A stretch of DNA of 64,000 bases from Bdellovibrionales bacterium (GCA_965262715.1 OZ253553.1:544001-608000); one strand, 5' to 3'; shown: positions 31,133-41,973, counted from the first letter of the stretch. A program made the numbers and translations. The notes: generated from the sequence alone by a model not told the origin.

Positions 31133-32606
31133 CTCTTCTTTCAGAAGTCTCTCTGTTAATAGTGCTATCTCTTAATGGACATTGTATTCCTTGGGCATGC
31201 TGTGCTTCTGTATGGTTACAAGGAAGAAGAGTTGGCTGCTGATTAGGCAGTAGCCTTAGGTTATTGTTAGCGGCAGCGCAAGGTGGTGGTGTATTGACTG
31301 GCTCATGAGAATAAGTGCCTGGTAGATCTAGAAGGGTAGGAATGTTCTGATTATAGTAATCCTCTTCCACTATATTACTACATATAGCCCCATTTGTTAC
31401 AGGAACCTGCTGTTGACAAGAACTTAGAACATTAGGAGAGTAGTCTGAATGTGCTATTTGTTCACCTCTAACATTTGGTAAATTAAAAAATTCACCATTT
31501 CCAATATTTGCCATTTCTTCTAGAATATCTATTACACTAGGAAACCTTGTGTTACGAGCCTGATGATCAAGATATGCCCATCCATAATAAGCTGTGGAGA
31601 AAAAGATTCTTTCAGGTTTTATATCTACAATATCCTTTACTTTTTCATAAACATAATCATCAAGTTGAAACCTACCCGTAAATCTATTACTAGGAGCCTC
31701 TCCTGAGATAAAGTAAACTAGATAAATCGCATTATCATCTTCGTTTGTTTTTAAATCTTCTTTTATAAGTTCTTTTGTTAATTCTAATGCTGCTCCATAC
31801 TGTATTTTTCCACTCTCTCTATCTTGCCCTGGGCCATCTGGTAAAGTGAAATCATTCATTGCTTGCAAAACAATATTATGATCGTTTGTAAAAACAGGTT
31901 TCTTTCTAGGGTTATTCTCATGAGTAATAGAAGCTCTAGCAAAACCCCTCCACCCGCGATGTGCTCCTTTAAAAGTGATCATACTCCAAGAAAACTGTCT
32001 GTTTCTATGGCTCTCAAAAAATTGACTGATATGGTGTATACGTGTTGCCTTATAGAAATCATTCGCTCCAGGAGAATAGGCCGTAGGTATGTAATTGTGA
32101 CTTCCTTTATCAACAACAAAAACTATTTTTATCTGTGGAGGAACAAAAGGATTCACCATATTGATTGTATTACTATTACAAGGAGGTGTTGCAGCAAATT
32201 GAGGGCAACCAGATTGACAAGGGGGATTTGGCACTTGAGGACAAGATGGACAAGTGGCTTCTGCTGGAAGCCTTTCTGGAACATGAGATGGATTATTAAA
32301 AGAAAGTTCTAGAGGTGTAGCAGGAATAGGAGGACGAGGTATTGGTCTGTGTTGAGGTGTTGGTCTATGTTGAGATGTTGTTGGAGGCATATTATTAGGT
32401 AAACTCAGACCTCCTGAAACTTCTGAACCTGTGTTTTCATTTAAAGTTAAACCAGTATCAGAATTTTCTAAAGATAGTTCTCCTTCATTATTATTTTCAT
32501 TATTATTTAATACAGAATCTTCGTTAATTGGCTCCATCTTTGACCCAGAACATGCTGAAATTAAACAAATAAGTAAAGCTAATAAAATAGGTTTTAATAA
32601 TTTCAC
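31107..32606 (-). CDS. Lipoprotein with Pro/Cys-rich linker and vWA-like domain
   Basis: Lipobox ISAC; IKIVFVVDKGS (degenerate MIDAS), YGAAL, VYFISGEAP and LEEMANIGNGEFFN. Confidence 0.6.
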   Translation of the reverse strand: MKLLKPILLALLICLISACSGSKMEPINEDSVLNNNENNNEGELSLENSDTGLTLNENTGSEVSGGLSLPNNMPPTTSQHRPTPQHRPIPRPPIPATPLELSFNNPSHVPERLPAEATCPSCPQVPNPPCQSGCPQFAATPPCNSNTINMVNPFVPPQIKIVFVVDKGSHNYIPTAYSPGANDFYKATRIHHISQFFESHRNRQFSWSMITFKGAHRGWRGFARASITHENNPRKKPVFTNDHNIVLQAMNDFTLPDGPGQDRESGKIQYGAALELTKELIKEDLKTNEDDNAIYLVYFISGEAPSNRFTGRFQLDDYVYEKVKDIVDIKPERIFFSTAYYGWAYLDHQARNTRFPSVIDILEEMANIGNGEFFNLPNVRGEQIAHSDYSPNVLSSCQQQVPVTNGAICSNIVEEDYYNQNIPTLLDLPGTYSHEPVNTPPPCAAANNNLRLLPNQQPTLLPCNHTEAQHAQGIQCPLRDSTINRETSERRVRNKRRRR

Positions 32607-32687
32607 AGTTGCACCTCATGCTTTTTGTTTGTTGTTAATAAAATTAAATTGGTTAGCTTTTAAAAAACACAATTCTAATCATATAGA

Positions 32688-32703
32688 GGCAAAATGGGGG
32701 CCA
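32688..32703 (-). promoter_or_regulatory. Putative sigma54 -24/-12 promoter
   Basis: TGGCCC-N5-TTGCC on the minus strand, ~80 bp upstream of the lipoprotein gene. Confidence 0.4.
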
Positions 32704-33229
32704 TAATCATGTCTCTAATTGAAACAAATGATAGAAACTCATACTCAATATGACTTTTGATACTACTTAAATATGACCTTTGACACTATAAAAATTGATA
32801 ATCTCTAGCCTATATATTAGAAAAGATGAAATTATTATTTTTTAAAAAATCAATATTTAGAAAAAACAAGACATAGGCTTTGAGCTTTTCATAACAGAGT
32901 CTAGCTTCTGCATAAAACAAAAGATGAGGTAAACACTGGTTTTTCTGTCAAAAATATAACTCTGTTAAATATATAAACAAAAAAATGCTTTTTAGTATTT
33001 TACAGGTTTTGTAGATCACAAGTTGCCGAAAACAGATTGCCGGCTTGCCAGACCCCAGACAAAACTCTTACTAAAGGAATAAACATCTTTTTTGTCACTT
33101 TAATGTCCCTTTCGGGGAAGGCTCCCAATCCCTCACCTTTAGACGACGCTCAATTTTCAGTTATGTGAATTTACAAGCTTATAATATCAGATATAGTATA
33201 GTACTTATTGCTAATAATTTAGATTAAAG

Positions 33230-33378
33230 AGCCTACAGCAGGTATCTTCACTTGCAGCAGGCACCCCCGCACATCACAAAAGATTGTGACTATAATTTTT
33301 TTGATAGGATAAACATTTTTTTAGAATTTTTGGTTTAAATGTGGTGGCCTGAGCCAGGTCAGAAACCTGCCGTAGGCT
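33230..33378. repeat. ~150-bp long-hairpin element (family H), copy 3
   Basis: agcctacagcaggtatct...agaaacctgccgtaggct; inner caggc/gcctg, aggcacccccg and gataggataaa. Confidence 0.55.
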
Positions 33379-33417
33379 TAAATAAATTTTAGTCAACTTC
33401 TAATTGACTTTTCATTT

Positions 33418-33450
33418 AAACCCCTCGACTTCAAGTCGAGGGTTGTTTAG
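33418..33450 (-). terminator. Strong hairpin just after the 33454-34431 gene (terminator, or IS200/IS605-type end)
   Basis: Perfect palindrome ccctcgactt-c-aagtcgaggg, 11 nt after the stop codon and followed by GTTT on the minus strand. Confidence 0.5.
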
Positions 33451-33453
33451 TTA

Positions 33454-34431
33454 TTAGATTGTAGTCGTGGTAGTAGTAGTAGTAGTAGTAGTAGTGGGGA
33501 TATTAGTGGTTGTTGTAGAGGTGCTAGTAGTAATTGTAGATGTGTAAGTGGTAGTTGTGGAAGTGCTAGTAGTAGGTGAGGTTTCATCTAAAAGCAGTAT
33601 ACCACTAGTCATTTTATAACTTTCTTCACTATAAGTGATACAATTCTCACCTTCTAGCTGAGTGAAAAATTCTAATGTGATGATATCCCCCTCTACGATG
33701 TTTAATCCAATTAAACTCAACAGGGTGTGTTGACCAACATTGAATGGGCTACCTTCAACTCTTTGACCATTATGTCTTACTTCCCATAGGCCATTGCTTA
33801 TATTCATTACCTCTCCGTCGGATCTATCCACAAAAAATGAAAATTCATTGAGCGGCAACGAAGTTGATGTAGAGTTTAAGATATCTTCAAGAGGTGGATC
33901 GTCTGATACAGTTTCATTATTATAAATCTCTAAAGGGGAGTCTGCGCATTGTCCAATCACTATATTTCTACCTATAGTTAATGGAGATACATTCTCTAAA
34001 GCTGTTATATCTACTGAAATATCATATACACCTATTTTATTAAAAGACCATTCGTAATTGGGTTGATCTGTTATCCTTTCGCTATCATCTTGGTTGAGAA
34101 CAGCTAGATTACCCAAATCTTCATGTAGAGAAATAAACCATTCAAAATTTGTGTACGCTTCAAGTTCAGCCTGGTCGCTAAAAGCCTCTACAACAAATGT
34201 CACTGAAGTATTAACAGCAAAATCATCAGCGAGAATCTTTACAACATTCGAGCCTCCATCTGGTAGTAGTAAAAGGTTAACAGTATTTGTTGTTGATTGG
34301 CGATGTGATGCTAGATCGATTATATGTCTTTGATTTTGACAATTTTGAAATCCAATTATTAAAATCAGAAAAAAAGAAAATGATATGAAGATAGATAGAT
34401 ATTTCTGACTTTTTTTTCCAAATCTTTGCAT
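33454..34431 (-). CDS. Lipoprotein with GFQNC signal, possible Ig/PKD-like region and Thr-rich tail
   Basis: IIGFQNC; YEWSFNKIGVYDISVDI; poly-Thr C-terminus. Confidence 0.65.
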   Translation of the reverse strand: MQRFGKKSQKYLSIFISFSFFLILIIGFQNCQNQRHIIDLASHRQSTTNTVNLLLLPDGGSNVVKILADDFAVNTSVTFVVEAFSDQAELEAYTNFEWFISLHEDLGNLAVLNQDDSERITDQPNYEWSFNKIGVYDISVDITALENVSPLTIGRNIVIGQCADSPLEIYNNETVSDDPPLEDILNSTSTSLPLNEFSFFVDRSDGEVMNISNGLWEVRHNGQRVEGSPFNVGQHTLLSLIGLNIVEGDIITLEFFTQLEGENCITYSEESYKMTSGILLLDETSPTTSTSTTTTYTSTITTSTSTTTTNIPTTTTTTTTTTTTI

Positions 34432-34480
34432 TATTGAAATACCTTTAAAAAGATATAATTGACGGCTTTTTATATAAGTA

Positions 34481-34507
34481 TTTCGGTAGAAGCCTTAAAA
34501 TACTTAA
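34481..34507 (-). promoter_or_regulatory. Putative sigma28/FliA-type promoter
   Basis: TTAAG-N16-CCGAAA on the minus strand, 50 bp before the start; a similar TTAAT-N16-CCGATG lies at 42027-42053. Confidence 0.35.
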
Positions 34508-34668
34508 ATAAAATATCTCTTTGTCTATGGATTTATATTAAGTATCAAATAAATCTGATAGCCTTATTGTAATTTCTTGCCTAAAACTGCATTTCTGAAA
34601 TCTAATTTACTGCTATCATGTATTTTTGAGATGGCTTTTAAAAGAAAGCTTTTTAGACTAAAAATCTT

Positions 34669-35208
34669 TTGAATTTTTTTCATTTTAGTGTTTTAATATT
34701 ACTTATGAGAGAAGGTAAGATTTTACATACGAGGCAAATTGATAAAAGGGTTTTTGATCAAGATCTAAAATTTCTACATAGAACCAATTTAACCCCTACA
34801 TTAAAAAATGACACAAATGTAGAGCCAATAAAGGAAACATCAATTAAGAATTCTTTATTCTCTTCAGGTATCAATGAAGCTCAAGATAAAAAAGAGTATT
34901 TTCAACTCTTAAAAAAGATTCAATTTTTAGAGAATAATTTTCAATGGATGTTGGAATGCCTAAAACAAACCATAAAGGATCATAAAAAGCAATATGATAA
35001 GTTATTTGAAAAAATCCAAACCATTAAAAAGAAAGATGAGCAAATAGAAATACTTGTGGAAAGGCAAGACCAGATGGTTTTAATGTTCCAGCAGAAAGTT
35101 CATCAATTGCAAAATCTCATTAAACAGCAAGAAGTCAAACTTATCAACACTCAGTCAGCATTGAGTGAAGCTCGTCAGCACTTAGAGCGTATGAAAAATA
35201 GTAAATAA
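34669..35208 (+). CDS. Hypothetical coiled-coil protein
   Basis: Q/K/E heptad-rich C-terminal half; true start probably the later ATG (MREGK). Confidence 0.6.
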   Translation: MNFFHFSVLILLMREGKILHTRQIDKRVFDQDLKFLHRTNLTPTLKNDTNVEPIKETSIKNSLFSSGINEAQDKKEYFQLLKKIQFLENNFQWMLECLKQTIKDHKKQYDKLFEKIQTIKKKDEQIEILVERQDQMVLMFQQKVHQLQNLIKQQEVKLINTQSALSEARQHLERMKNSK

Positions 35209-35325
35209 TTTTCCTAAAAGTCATTCGTTTATATCATATATTATAAAAAATGCTTGTTAAGCTCTAAGAAGTTGTTATACATAGGTTATTAAAAAATTGT
35301 AAGAACAATTAAAGGTAATAATAAA

Positions 35326-36555
35326 GTGGACTTTTCCTACATTCAAGATCAATTTCCAATTTTAAAGCAAAAGATAAATGGATATCCTTTAGTTTATTTA
35401 GATAGTGCAGCCACTAGTCTTAAACCAAAGTTTGTTATAGATAGAATAACCCAGCATTATTTGATGCAGGCTTCAAATGTTCACAGGGGATCTCATACGT
35501 TAAGTGATCAAGCTACCACAGACTATGAAAATGCAAGGTCTACTCTACATCAGTTTTTAAATACATCCTCAAATGAAGAAGTGGTTTTTACTCGCAGTAC
35601 AACAGAATCTATTAATCTTATAGCAAGTTGTTTTGGGGAAGTCTACTTACAGAAAGGTGATGAGATATTGATCACAGAGATGGAACACCACTCTAATATT
35701 GTTCCTTGGCAAGTTTTAGCTCAAAAAAAAGAATGTACTCTTAAATTTGTTAAAGTAAATGAATATGGAATTCTTAATCTTGATCAGGTGCAGGAGTTAT
35801 TAAGTCACAAAACGAAGATCTTTGCATTCACTTTTATTTCAAACACTCTTGGAACAGTAAATCCGATCAGAGATTTGATAACATTGGGTCATAAAGTAGG
35901 GGCAAAAGTGATTATAGATGCTGCTCAAGCTTTAGCGCATACTCAGATAGATATTCAAAAACTTGATTGTGATTTTTTAGTTGGTTCTGCCCATAAGATC
36001 TTTGGACCTACAGGTATTGGTTTTCTATGTGGTAAAAAGGATTTATTAGAAATGATGTTACCTTATCAATATGGTGGTGGAATGATATCAAAGGTCAGCC
36101 AATATGAAAGCACCTATGCAGATATTCCCCAAAAGTTTGAAGCAGGAACCCCTCATATTGCAGGTGCCATTGGTTTTGCTGAAGCTCTTAAATTTTTTCA
36201 AGGCTTTGCCTATACATCTATTGAGCAACATGAGCAAGAATTAATAAAACAGGCAATAGATGGTTTAGCAGATATAAAACGTGTACGTCTTATTGGTAGA
36301 GTAGATCAGGTGGGAGCTTGTAGAAAATCTGTGATCTCATTTGTTGTAAAAGGATGTCATCATCAAGATATAGGGCAGCTTCTCAATAACTATGGAGTGG
36401 CTGTAAGGACAGGCCATCACTGCACTCAGCTTTTAATGGATAGATTTCAAATAGAAGGTACAGTGAGGATCTCTTTTGGTCTTTACAATACCCGCCAAGA
36501 TATTCAGCACTTTTTAACATCTCTAGAGAAATCCATTCAGCTTTTAAAGGCTTAA
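35326..36555 (+). CDS. sufS: Cysteine desulfurase, SufS subfamily
   Basis: YLDSAAT, EHHSN, SAHK, FEAGTP and RTGHHC. Confidence 0.93.
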   Translation: MDFSYIQDQFPILKQKINGYPLVYLDSAATSLKPKFVIDRITQHYLMQASNVHRGSHTLSDQATTDYENARSTLHQFLNTSSNEEVVFTRSTTESINLIASCFGEVYLQKGDEILITEMEHHSNIVPWQVLAQKKECTLKFVKVNEYGILNLDQVQELLSHKTKIFAFTFISNTLGTVNPIRDLITLGHKVGAKVIIDAAQALAHTQIDIQKLDCDFLVGSAHKIFGPTGIGFLCGKKDLLEMMLPYQYGGGMISKVSQYESTYADIPQKFEAGTPHIAGAIGFAEALKFFQGFAYTSIEQHEQELIKQAIDGLADIKRVRLIGRVDQVGACRKSVISFVVKGCHHQDIGQLLNNYGVAVRTGHHCTQLLMDRFQIEGTVRISFGLYNTRQDIQHFLTSLEKSIQLLKA

Positions 36556-36665
36556 TTATAGGCTTTTTAAGAAAGTCTATCTGTTTTTAATGTTTGACTT
36601 ATTCTCATTAATTATATAAAAAAACCTTATGTTTATATAAAGTATGAACACAAATAAGGTCAATT

Positions 36666-37673
36666 ATGTTAAAATATTTTTTAAGCCGTCTTTATGCTTT
36701 GATATTCACATTTATTGGTGTTTCCATCGTAGCCTTTGGATTTATACGTGCTTTACCTGGAGACCCAGTTCAAGTCATGCTTGGAGAGAGAGGTGCTGAC
36801 CCTAAAGTTTATGCTGAAATGAGGGCTACTCTAGGCTTGGATCAACCTCTTCATATACAATATTTTAAATTCCTTTATAGGGCTCTGCAAGGAGATCTTG
36901 GTGCTTCTATTATAACAAATACTCCTGTTACTGAGGAGTTTTTTGCGCGTTTTCCTGCCACACTTGAATTAGGCTTTGCCGGACTCCTATGGGCTATCCT
37001 ATTAGGTGTTCCACTTGGTATCCTTATTGCTCTTAAAAGAAATTCTTCTTTTGATTACACTGTGATGACAGGCGCTCTCTTTGGTTATTCCATGCCTATT
37101 TTTTGGTGGGGACTTATGCTAATTTTATTTTTTTCTGTCTACTTAGGAATAACTCCTGTATCTGGGCGTATAAATGTTTTATACGATATTCCAACGATCA
37201 CAGGATTTTTATTCATTGATTCCTTATTTAGTGGGCAACAAGGGGCTTTTTTCAGTGCTTTCAGCCATTTGATCCTGCCAGCTATTGCCCTTGGAACCAT
37301 CCCTTTAGCAGTGATCACACGTATGACCAGATCCAGTATGCTAGAGGTTTTAAGTGAGGATTATATCCGAACAGCCAAAGCAAAAGGATTAAGCAAATTT
37401 GATGTAGTGGCCATTCATGGTTTAAGAAATGCCCTGATCCCTATTGTTACGGTGATTGGCCTTATGTTGGGCACTATCATTACAGGGGCTATTTTAACAG
37501 AAACCATTTTTGCTTGGCCGGGTATTGGCAGATGGTTGGTTTTTAGTGTAAATTCTAGAGATTACCCTGTTATTCAAGGGGGTATTTTACTGATTGCTAT
37601 TATGATTATGTTGATCAACATGGCAGTAGATATGACCTACGTGATTATAAATCCTAAAATTAGAGGTCTATGA
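36666..37673 (+). CDS. dppB: Dipeptide ABC transporter permease
   Basis: PGDPV, RFPATLEL and EDYIRTAKAKG (EAA motif). Confidence 0.9.
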   Translation: MLKYFLSRLYALIFTFIGVSIVAFGFIRALPGDPVQVMLGERGADPKVYAEMRATLGLDQPLHIQYFKFLYRALQGDLGASIITNTPVTEEFFARFPATLELGFAGLLWAILLGVPLGILIALKRNSSFDYTVMTGALFGYSMPIFWWGLMLILFFSVYLGITPVSGRINVLYDIPTITGFLFIDSLFSGQQGAFFSAFSHLILPAIALGTIPLAVITRMTRSSMLEVLSEDYIRTAKAKGLSKFDVVAIHGLRNALIPIVTVIGLMLGTIITGAILTETIFAWPGIGRWLVFSVNSRDYPVIQGGILLIAIMIMLINMAVDMTYVIINPKIRGL

Positions 37674-38570
37674 ATGAGTGAAACATGTTCTGCGCCACAG
37701 AAAAAGCAGTTACCTATGCACCCTTTAATAGAGTTTTGGTATTTCTTCTCTCAAAATAGGGGAGCTGTTATTGGGTTATTTCTTATCATCATATTTATAT
37801 TTATTGCTCTACTAGCTGATTTAATTGCGCCTCATAATCCTAGTGAGCAATTCACAGACCATATAAGGGTATTTCCTGTATGGACAGGAGGTAACTGGAG
37901 ATTCATTTTAGGTACTGATGACTTAGGACGAGATGTTTTAAGCCGTCTTATTTATGGAACAAGAGTATCTCTGACTGTTGGGTTTTTAGTGGTTTGTTTT
38001 TCAGCTACAACAGGGGCAACTCTCGGGTTGATTGCAGGTTATAGCAGAGGGTTTTTAGATCAAGCTATTATGAGACTTACTGACATATTAATGGCTTGGC
38101 CCAGTGTTTTGCTGGCTATTATTGTAGCATCGCTTTTAGGTCCTAATCTATTCAATGCCATAGTCGCTGTAAGTGTTGTAGCTATACCTAGCTTTATCAG
38201 AGTTGCAAGAGCCTCTGTGTTAGCTGAAAGAAATAAGCAATATGTGATAGCAGTGAAAAGCTTTGGCAGCAGTCATTTTCGAATACTGATTTTGAATATC
38301 CTTCCTAACTGCATTGCGCCACTCATTGTACAAGCGGCATTGAGTTTCAGCGATGGTATTTTAAATGTGGCTGCCTTGGGCTTTTTAGGGTTTGGTGCTC
38401 AACCTCCTACAGCAGAGTGGGGAACCATGTTATCAGATGCTCGTGATTATATTCAGACAGCATCCTATTTAGTCACACTTCCTGGCCTTTGTATTTTAAT
38501 TGTTGTTCTTGCTTTTAACCTTTTAGGAGATGGGCTTCGGGATAGTTTTGATCCGAAGTTAAAGAGATAA
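37674..38570 (+). CDS. dppC: Dipeptide ABC transporter permease
   Basis: LGTDDLGRDVLSRLIYG, GAQPPTAEWG and FNLLGDGLRD. Confidence 0.9.
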   Translation: MSETCSAPQKKQLPMHPLIEFWYFFSQNRGAVIGLFLIIIFIFIALLADLIAPHNPSEQFTDHIRVFPVWTGGNWRFILGTDDLGRDVLSRLIYGTRVSLTVGFLVVCFSATTGATLGLIAGYSRGFLDQAIMRLTDILMAWPSVLLAIIVASLLGPNLFNAIVAVSVVAIPSFIRVARASVLAERNKQYVIAVKSFGSSHFRILILNILPNCIAPLIVQAALSFSDGILNVAALGFLGFGAQPPTAEWGTMLSDARDYIQTASYLVTLPGLCILIVVLAFNLLGDGLRDSFDPKLKR

Positions 38571-39574
38571 TGAATCTGTTAACTGTAAAAAATCTTACTA
38601 TAGAATTTGAAACACTGAGAGGAAGGCTTAGGGCAGTTGATAATGTCAGTTTCGAGCTTAAAAAGTCAGAAACATTGGGCATTGTCGGAGAATCAGGATG
38701 TGGAAAAAGCCTTACAAGCCTTGCAATTATAAGACTGCTCTCTCCAAATGCTATTATAAAAGCAGACACTTTGATGTTTAAAGATATTGATCTTTTAACT
38801 GCAAGTCCAAAAACGTTGCGTTCTTTGCGCGGATGTTCTATTTCGATGATTTTTCAAGACCCTATGACAAGCCTTAACCCTAGCTTTACTGTAGCTTTTC
38901 AAATGAATGAGATTTTACGTGTTCACAATATGGGGACAAGGCTTGAACGTAAAGATCGAGTTTTAGAGCTATTGCATTTAGTGGGTATACCCGATCCAAA
39001 ATCTTGTATCAAAAGATACCCTCATGAGCTTTCAGGTGGAATGACTCAAAGAGTGATGATTGCTATGGCCATGTCTTGCAATCCAGATCTGCTTATTGCT
39101 GATGAGCCTACAACAGCATTGGATGTCACAATGCAGGCACAAATTCTTGCCCTACTTCAAGAGCTTCAAAAAAACTATGAAATGGCACTTATGCTCATTA
39201 CACATGATATTGGGGTGGTTGCTCAGATGGCTGATAGGATACAAGTGATGTACACAGGACGAATTATAGAATCAGCATCAGCTGATAGCATTATTCGAGA
39301 GCCTCAACACCCTTATACTCATGGATTACTGCAAGCTCTTCCTGAATTTCAAGGATCGTTGGATGATAATAAAAGAAAACGCCTTAATAGCATCAAAGGC
39401 GTTGTACCTGACCTTATCCATAGACCTACAGGTTGCCAGTTTCATCCAAGATGTGGTTTTTGCCAAAGTAAATGTGAACAAGAGACTCCCACTTATACAC
39501 AGACCAAAACAAATCACTACACCAAATGTTTTTTTCCTCTTTTATCTAAAGAAGCAAAGGAAGATATCTTATAA
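38570..39574 (+). CDS. dppD: Dipeptide ABC transporter ATPase
   Basis: [22 protein letters not shown] and HPYT. Confidence 0.9.
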   Translation: MNLLTVKNLTIEFETLRGRLRAVDNVSFELKKSETLGIVGESGCGKSLTSLAIIRLLSPNAIIKADTLMFKDIDLLTASPKTLRSLRGCSISMIFQDPMTSLNPSFTVAFQMNEILRVHNMGTRLERKDRVLELLHLVGIPDPKSCIKRYPHELSGGMTQRVMIAMAMSCNPDLLIADEPTTALDVTMQAQILALLQELQKNYEMALMLITHDIGVVAQMADRIQVMYTGRIIESASADSIIREPQHPYTHGLLQALPEFQGSLDDNKRKRLNSIKGVVPDLIHRPTGCQFHPRCGFCQSKCEQETPTYTQTKTNHYTKCFFPLLSKEAKEDIL

Positions 39575-39606
39575 TGAAGAATGTTCAAGAGAAGGAATAT
39601 CACTAA

Positions 39607-40572
39607 ATGATCAACAAACCTATTCTATCTGTTAACAATGTTAAGAAATATTATAAGATCAAAGGGTTTTTCTCTAATAAGGGTATAGTTAAGGCTGTAG
39701 ATGATGTGAGTTTTGAGTTGGTAAAAGGAGAAACCCTATCTATTGTGGGCGAATCAGGCTGTGGTAAAAGCACTCTTGCAAGGTTATTGATGAGGGTAGA
39801 GCCAAGAACAGCTGGAAAATATATGCTTTGTGACAAAGATATAGATATAAAGGGTCATTGGCCCAAAAATGAATTTCATAGAACTATACAAATGATTTTT
39901 CAAGATCCTTATAGCAGCATAAACCCAAGAAAAAAGGCATGGCAAATTGTTGCAGAACCACTTTTTGTCAATACCAATTTTTCAGTTAAAGAGTGCCGCC
40001 TAAAGGCGATGGAGGCCTTTGAGCAAGTTGGAATTAGAAGAGAGTGTATCAATCGCTATCCTCATATGTTTAGTGGTGGACAGAGGCAGCGCATTGGTAT
40101 TGCAAGAGCTTTAGTATTAAAACCTAAAATTTTAGTATGTGATGAACCTGTCTCTGCGCTTGATGTCTCTGTTCAAGCACAAGTTTTGAACTTATTAATG
40201 GATATTCAAGAGCAGATGGACTTAAGTCTTATTTTTATTTCACATGATCTTTCTGTTGTAAGACATATTTCTGATCGTGTTTTGGTCATGTATTTAGGCA
40301 GAATTGCAGAGATTGGAGCGCGTAATGATGTGTTTCAAAAACCCATGCACCCTTATACAAAAGCTCTTTTAGAAAGTAGACCTCAAATACTCAAAGGTAA
40401 AATAACACAACATCGCTCTTTAAAAGGAGAGTTGCCTTCACCGATGAATCCCCCTCCAGGTTGTATCTTTCATTTGAGATGTCCAAAGGCTACTGATATT
40501 TGTAAAAAGAAGATTCCTCCTTTAAGGCAAATAAGTAATCAAAAAGTGGCTTGCCACCACCCTGAGGTTTAG
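39607..40572 (+). CDS. dppF: Dipeptide ABC transporter ATPase
   Basis: [20 protein letters not shown] and DEPVSALD. Confidence 0.9.
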   Translation: MINKPILSVNNVKKYYKIKGFFSNKGIVKAVDDVSFELVKGETLSIVGESGCGKSTLARLLMRVEPRTAGKYMLCDKDIDIKGHWPKNEFHRTIQMIFQDPYSSINPRKKAWQIVAEPLFVNTNFSVKECRLKAMEAFEQVGIRRECINRYPHMFSGGQRQRIGIARALVLKPKILVCDEPVSALDVSVQAQVLNLLMDIQEQMDLSLIFISHDLSVVRHISDRVLVMYLGRIAEIGARNDVFQKPMHPYTKALLESRPQILKGKITQHRSLKGELPSPMNPPPGCIFHLRCPKATDICKKKIPPLRQISNQKVACHHPEV

Positions 40573-40853
40573 AAGTTTTTCCTAGTGGTTATTTACCTTT
40601 CAGAGAGAAAGTATAACCTATGTGTCCAGGATGGGCCTCTGGCAATCGGGCAAGCCGGCAATCAGTTCCCAGCAGCTGCTTGCCGGACTACTCCCGGGTA
40701 GATAAAGATACTTTGAAATTGAACTATCGTGTTATTTGTGCAATATATATGAATCTGTCCGTCAAGCAAGTAAAAAAATATTGACTTTGCAATCTCTTTA
40801 ATCAAAATATGCCTTAGGTAACTTCAACTTTATTTAAAATCAAAGGAGTCATT

Positions 40854-41450
40854 ATGGCTATAGAATTGCCACCACTGAATTATAAACAGGACGCTCTAAG
40901 TCCTTACATTTCAGATGAAACAGTGAATTTTCATTACACAAAACACCATAAAGGTTATGTCAATAAGCTCAATGCAGCTATTTTGGACACACAGTGGGAT
41001 ACAAAATCTTTAGAAGAGATTATTCAGCAAGTCCCTCAGGAAGGGAAAGGGATAGGTATTTTTAATAATGCCGCACAGATATGGAATCATACACTTTATT
41101 GGAATAGCCTTTCACCTCAAGGAGGAGGCATTCCCACAGGGTCTCTTCAAGATGCTATTTGTGAGAGTTTTGGTTCTTTTGAATCTTTCAAAAATGATTT
41201 TACCAAAGTAGCTACAACGACTTTTGGCTCTGGTTGGGCATGGGTTGTTCTATCATCATCTTCAAAAAAGCTAGAAATTATGTCTACAAGTAATGCTCAA
41301 ACACCTTTAACAAATAGTGGGCTTAAACCTATTCTTACTTGTGATGTTTGGGAACATGCCTATTATATTGACTATCGCAACGCAAGGGATAAATACATTG
41401 ATGCTTTTTGGAATGTTGTCAATTGGAAGTTTGCTGCTCAAAATCTTTAA
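40854..41450 (+). CDS. sodB: Fe superoxide dismutase
   Basis: HYTKHH, FNNAAQIWNH (Fe-type) and DVWEHAYY. Confidence 0.93.
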   Translation: MAIELPPLNYKQDALSPYISDETVNFHYTKHHKGYVNKLNAAILDTQWDTKSLEEIIQQVPQEGKGIGIFNNAAQIWNHTLYWNSLSPQGGGIPTGSLQDAICESFGSFESFKNDFTKVATTTFGSGWAWVVLSSSSKKLEIMSTSNAQTPLTNSGLKPILTCDVWEHAYYIDYRNARDKYIDAFWNVVNWKFAAQNL

Positions 41451-41541
41451 TTTTTAGCGACAACATTGTAATTTCTGTGCAGATAAGATTCCAATAAGTA
41501 AGTATAATAGTAGCTTAAATATTTATCAAACCAATAATTAA

Positions 41542-41973
41542 TTAAGCTACTTTTAATACCTTTCTTTGACTGCGTGGTCTGGATAGATCAATGTTGTATA
41601 ATTTTACCTTTCTATAAAGTGTTGCTCTACCAATACCAAGAGATGCAGCTGTTTTTGTAAGATTACCTTTAAATACATAAATAGCTTCTTGAATGGCTAC
41701 TTTTTCTACATCCTTGATTGTTGAGGTTGATGGACCTGTTGCTTCTGAGTGTTTTGAAGTATTATCAGGAAAAGGTACAACTTGCCCCATGTTTGAATGG
41801 TTAGGAGTTGTGAAAAATCTTGACCTGAAAGCAGGGTTAGAAAGCCCATTTTGCCATTGAAGCGAAGTAAAAGTCTTGATGTTATAATTATATTCGTTTG
41901 ACCATTGCCTGGCTTTGTGAATATCGTCCTGGTTATCACTGATAAAAATTAAAGTAGAGTTGGGATTGATCAT
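41542..41973 (-). CDS. Fis-type HTH protein without an AAA+ domain
   Basis: VEKVAIQEAI..FKGNLTKTAASLGIGRATLYRKVK. Confidence 0.8.
   Translation of the reverse strand: MINPNSTLIFISDNQDDIHKARQWSNEYNYNIKTFTSLQWQNGLSNPAFRSRFFTTPNHSNMGQVVPFPDNTSKHSEATGPSTSTIKDVEKVAIQEAIYVFKGNLTKTAASLGIGRATLYRKVKLYNIDLSRPRSQRKVLKVA

Noticed and set aside
33458..33575. (GTA)n microsatellite as a phase-variation switch
   Set aside because: It is an in-frame triplet repeat encoding the poly-Thr tail at the very end of the gene.
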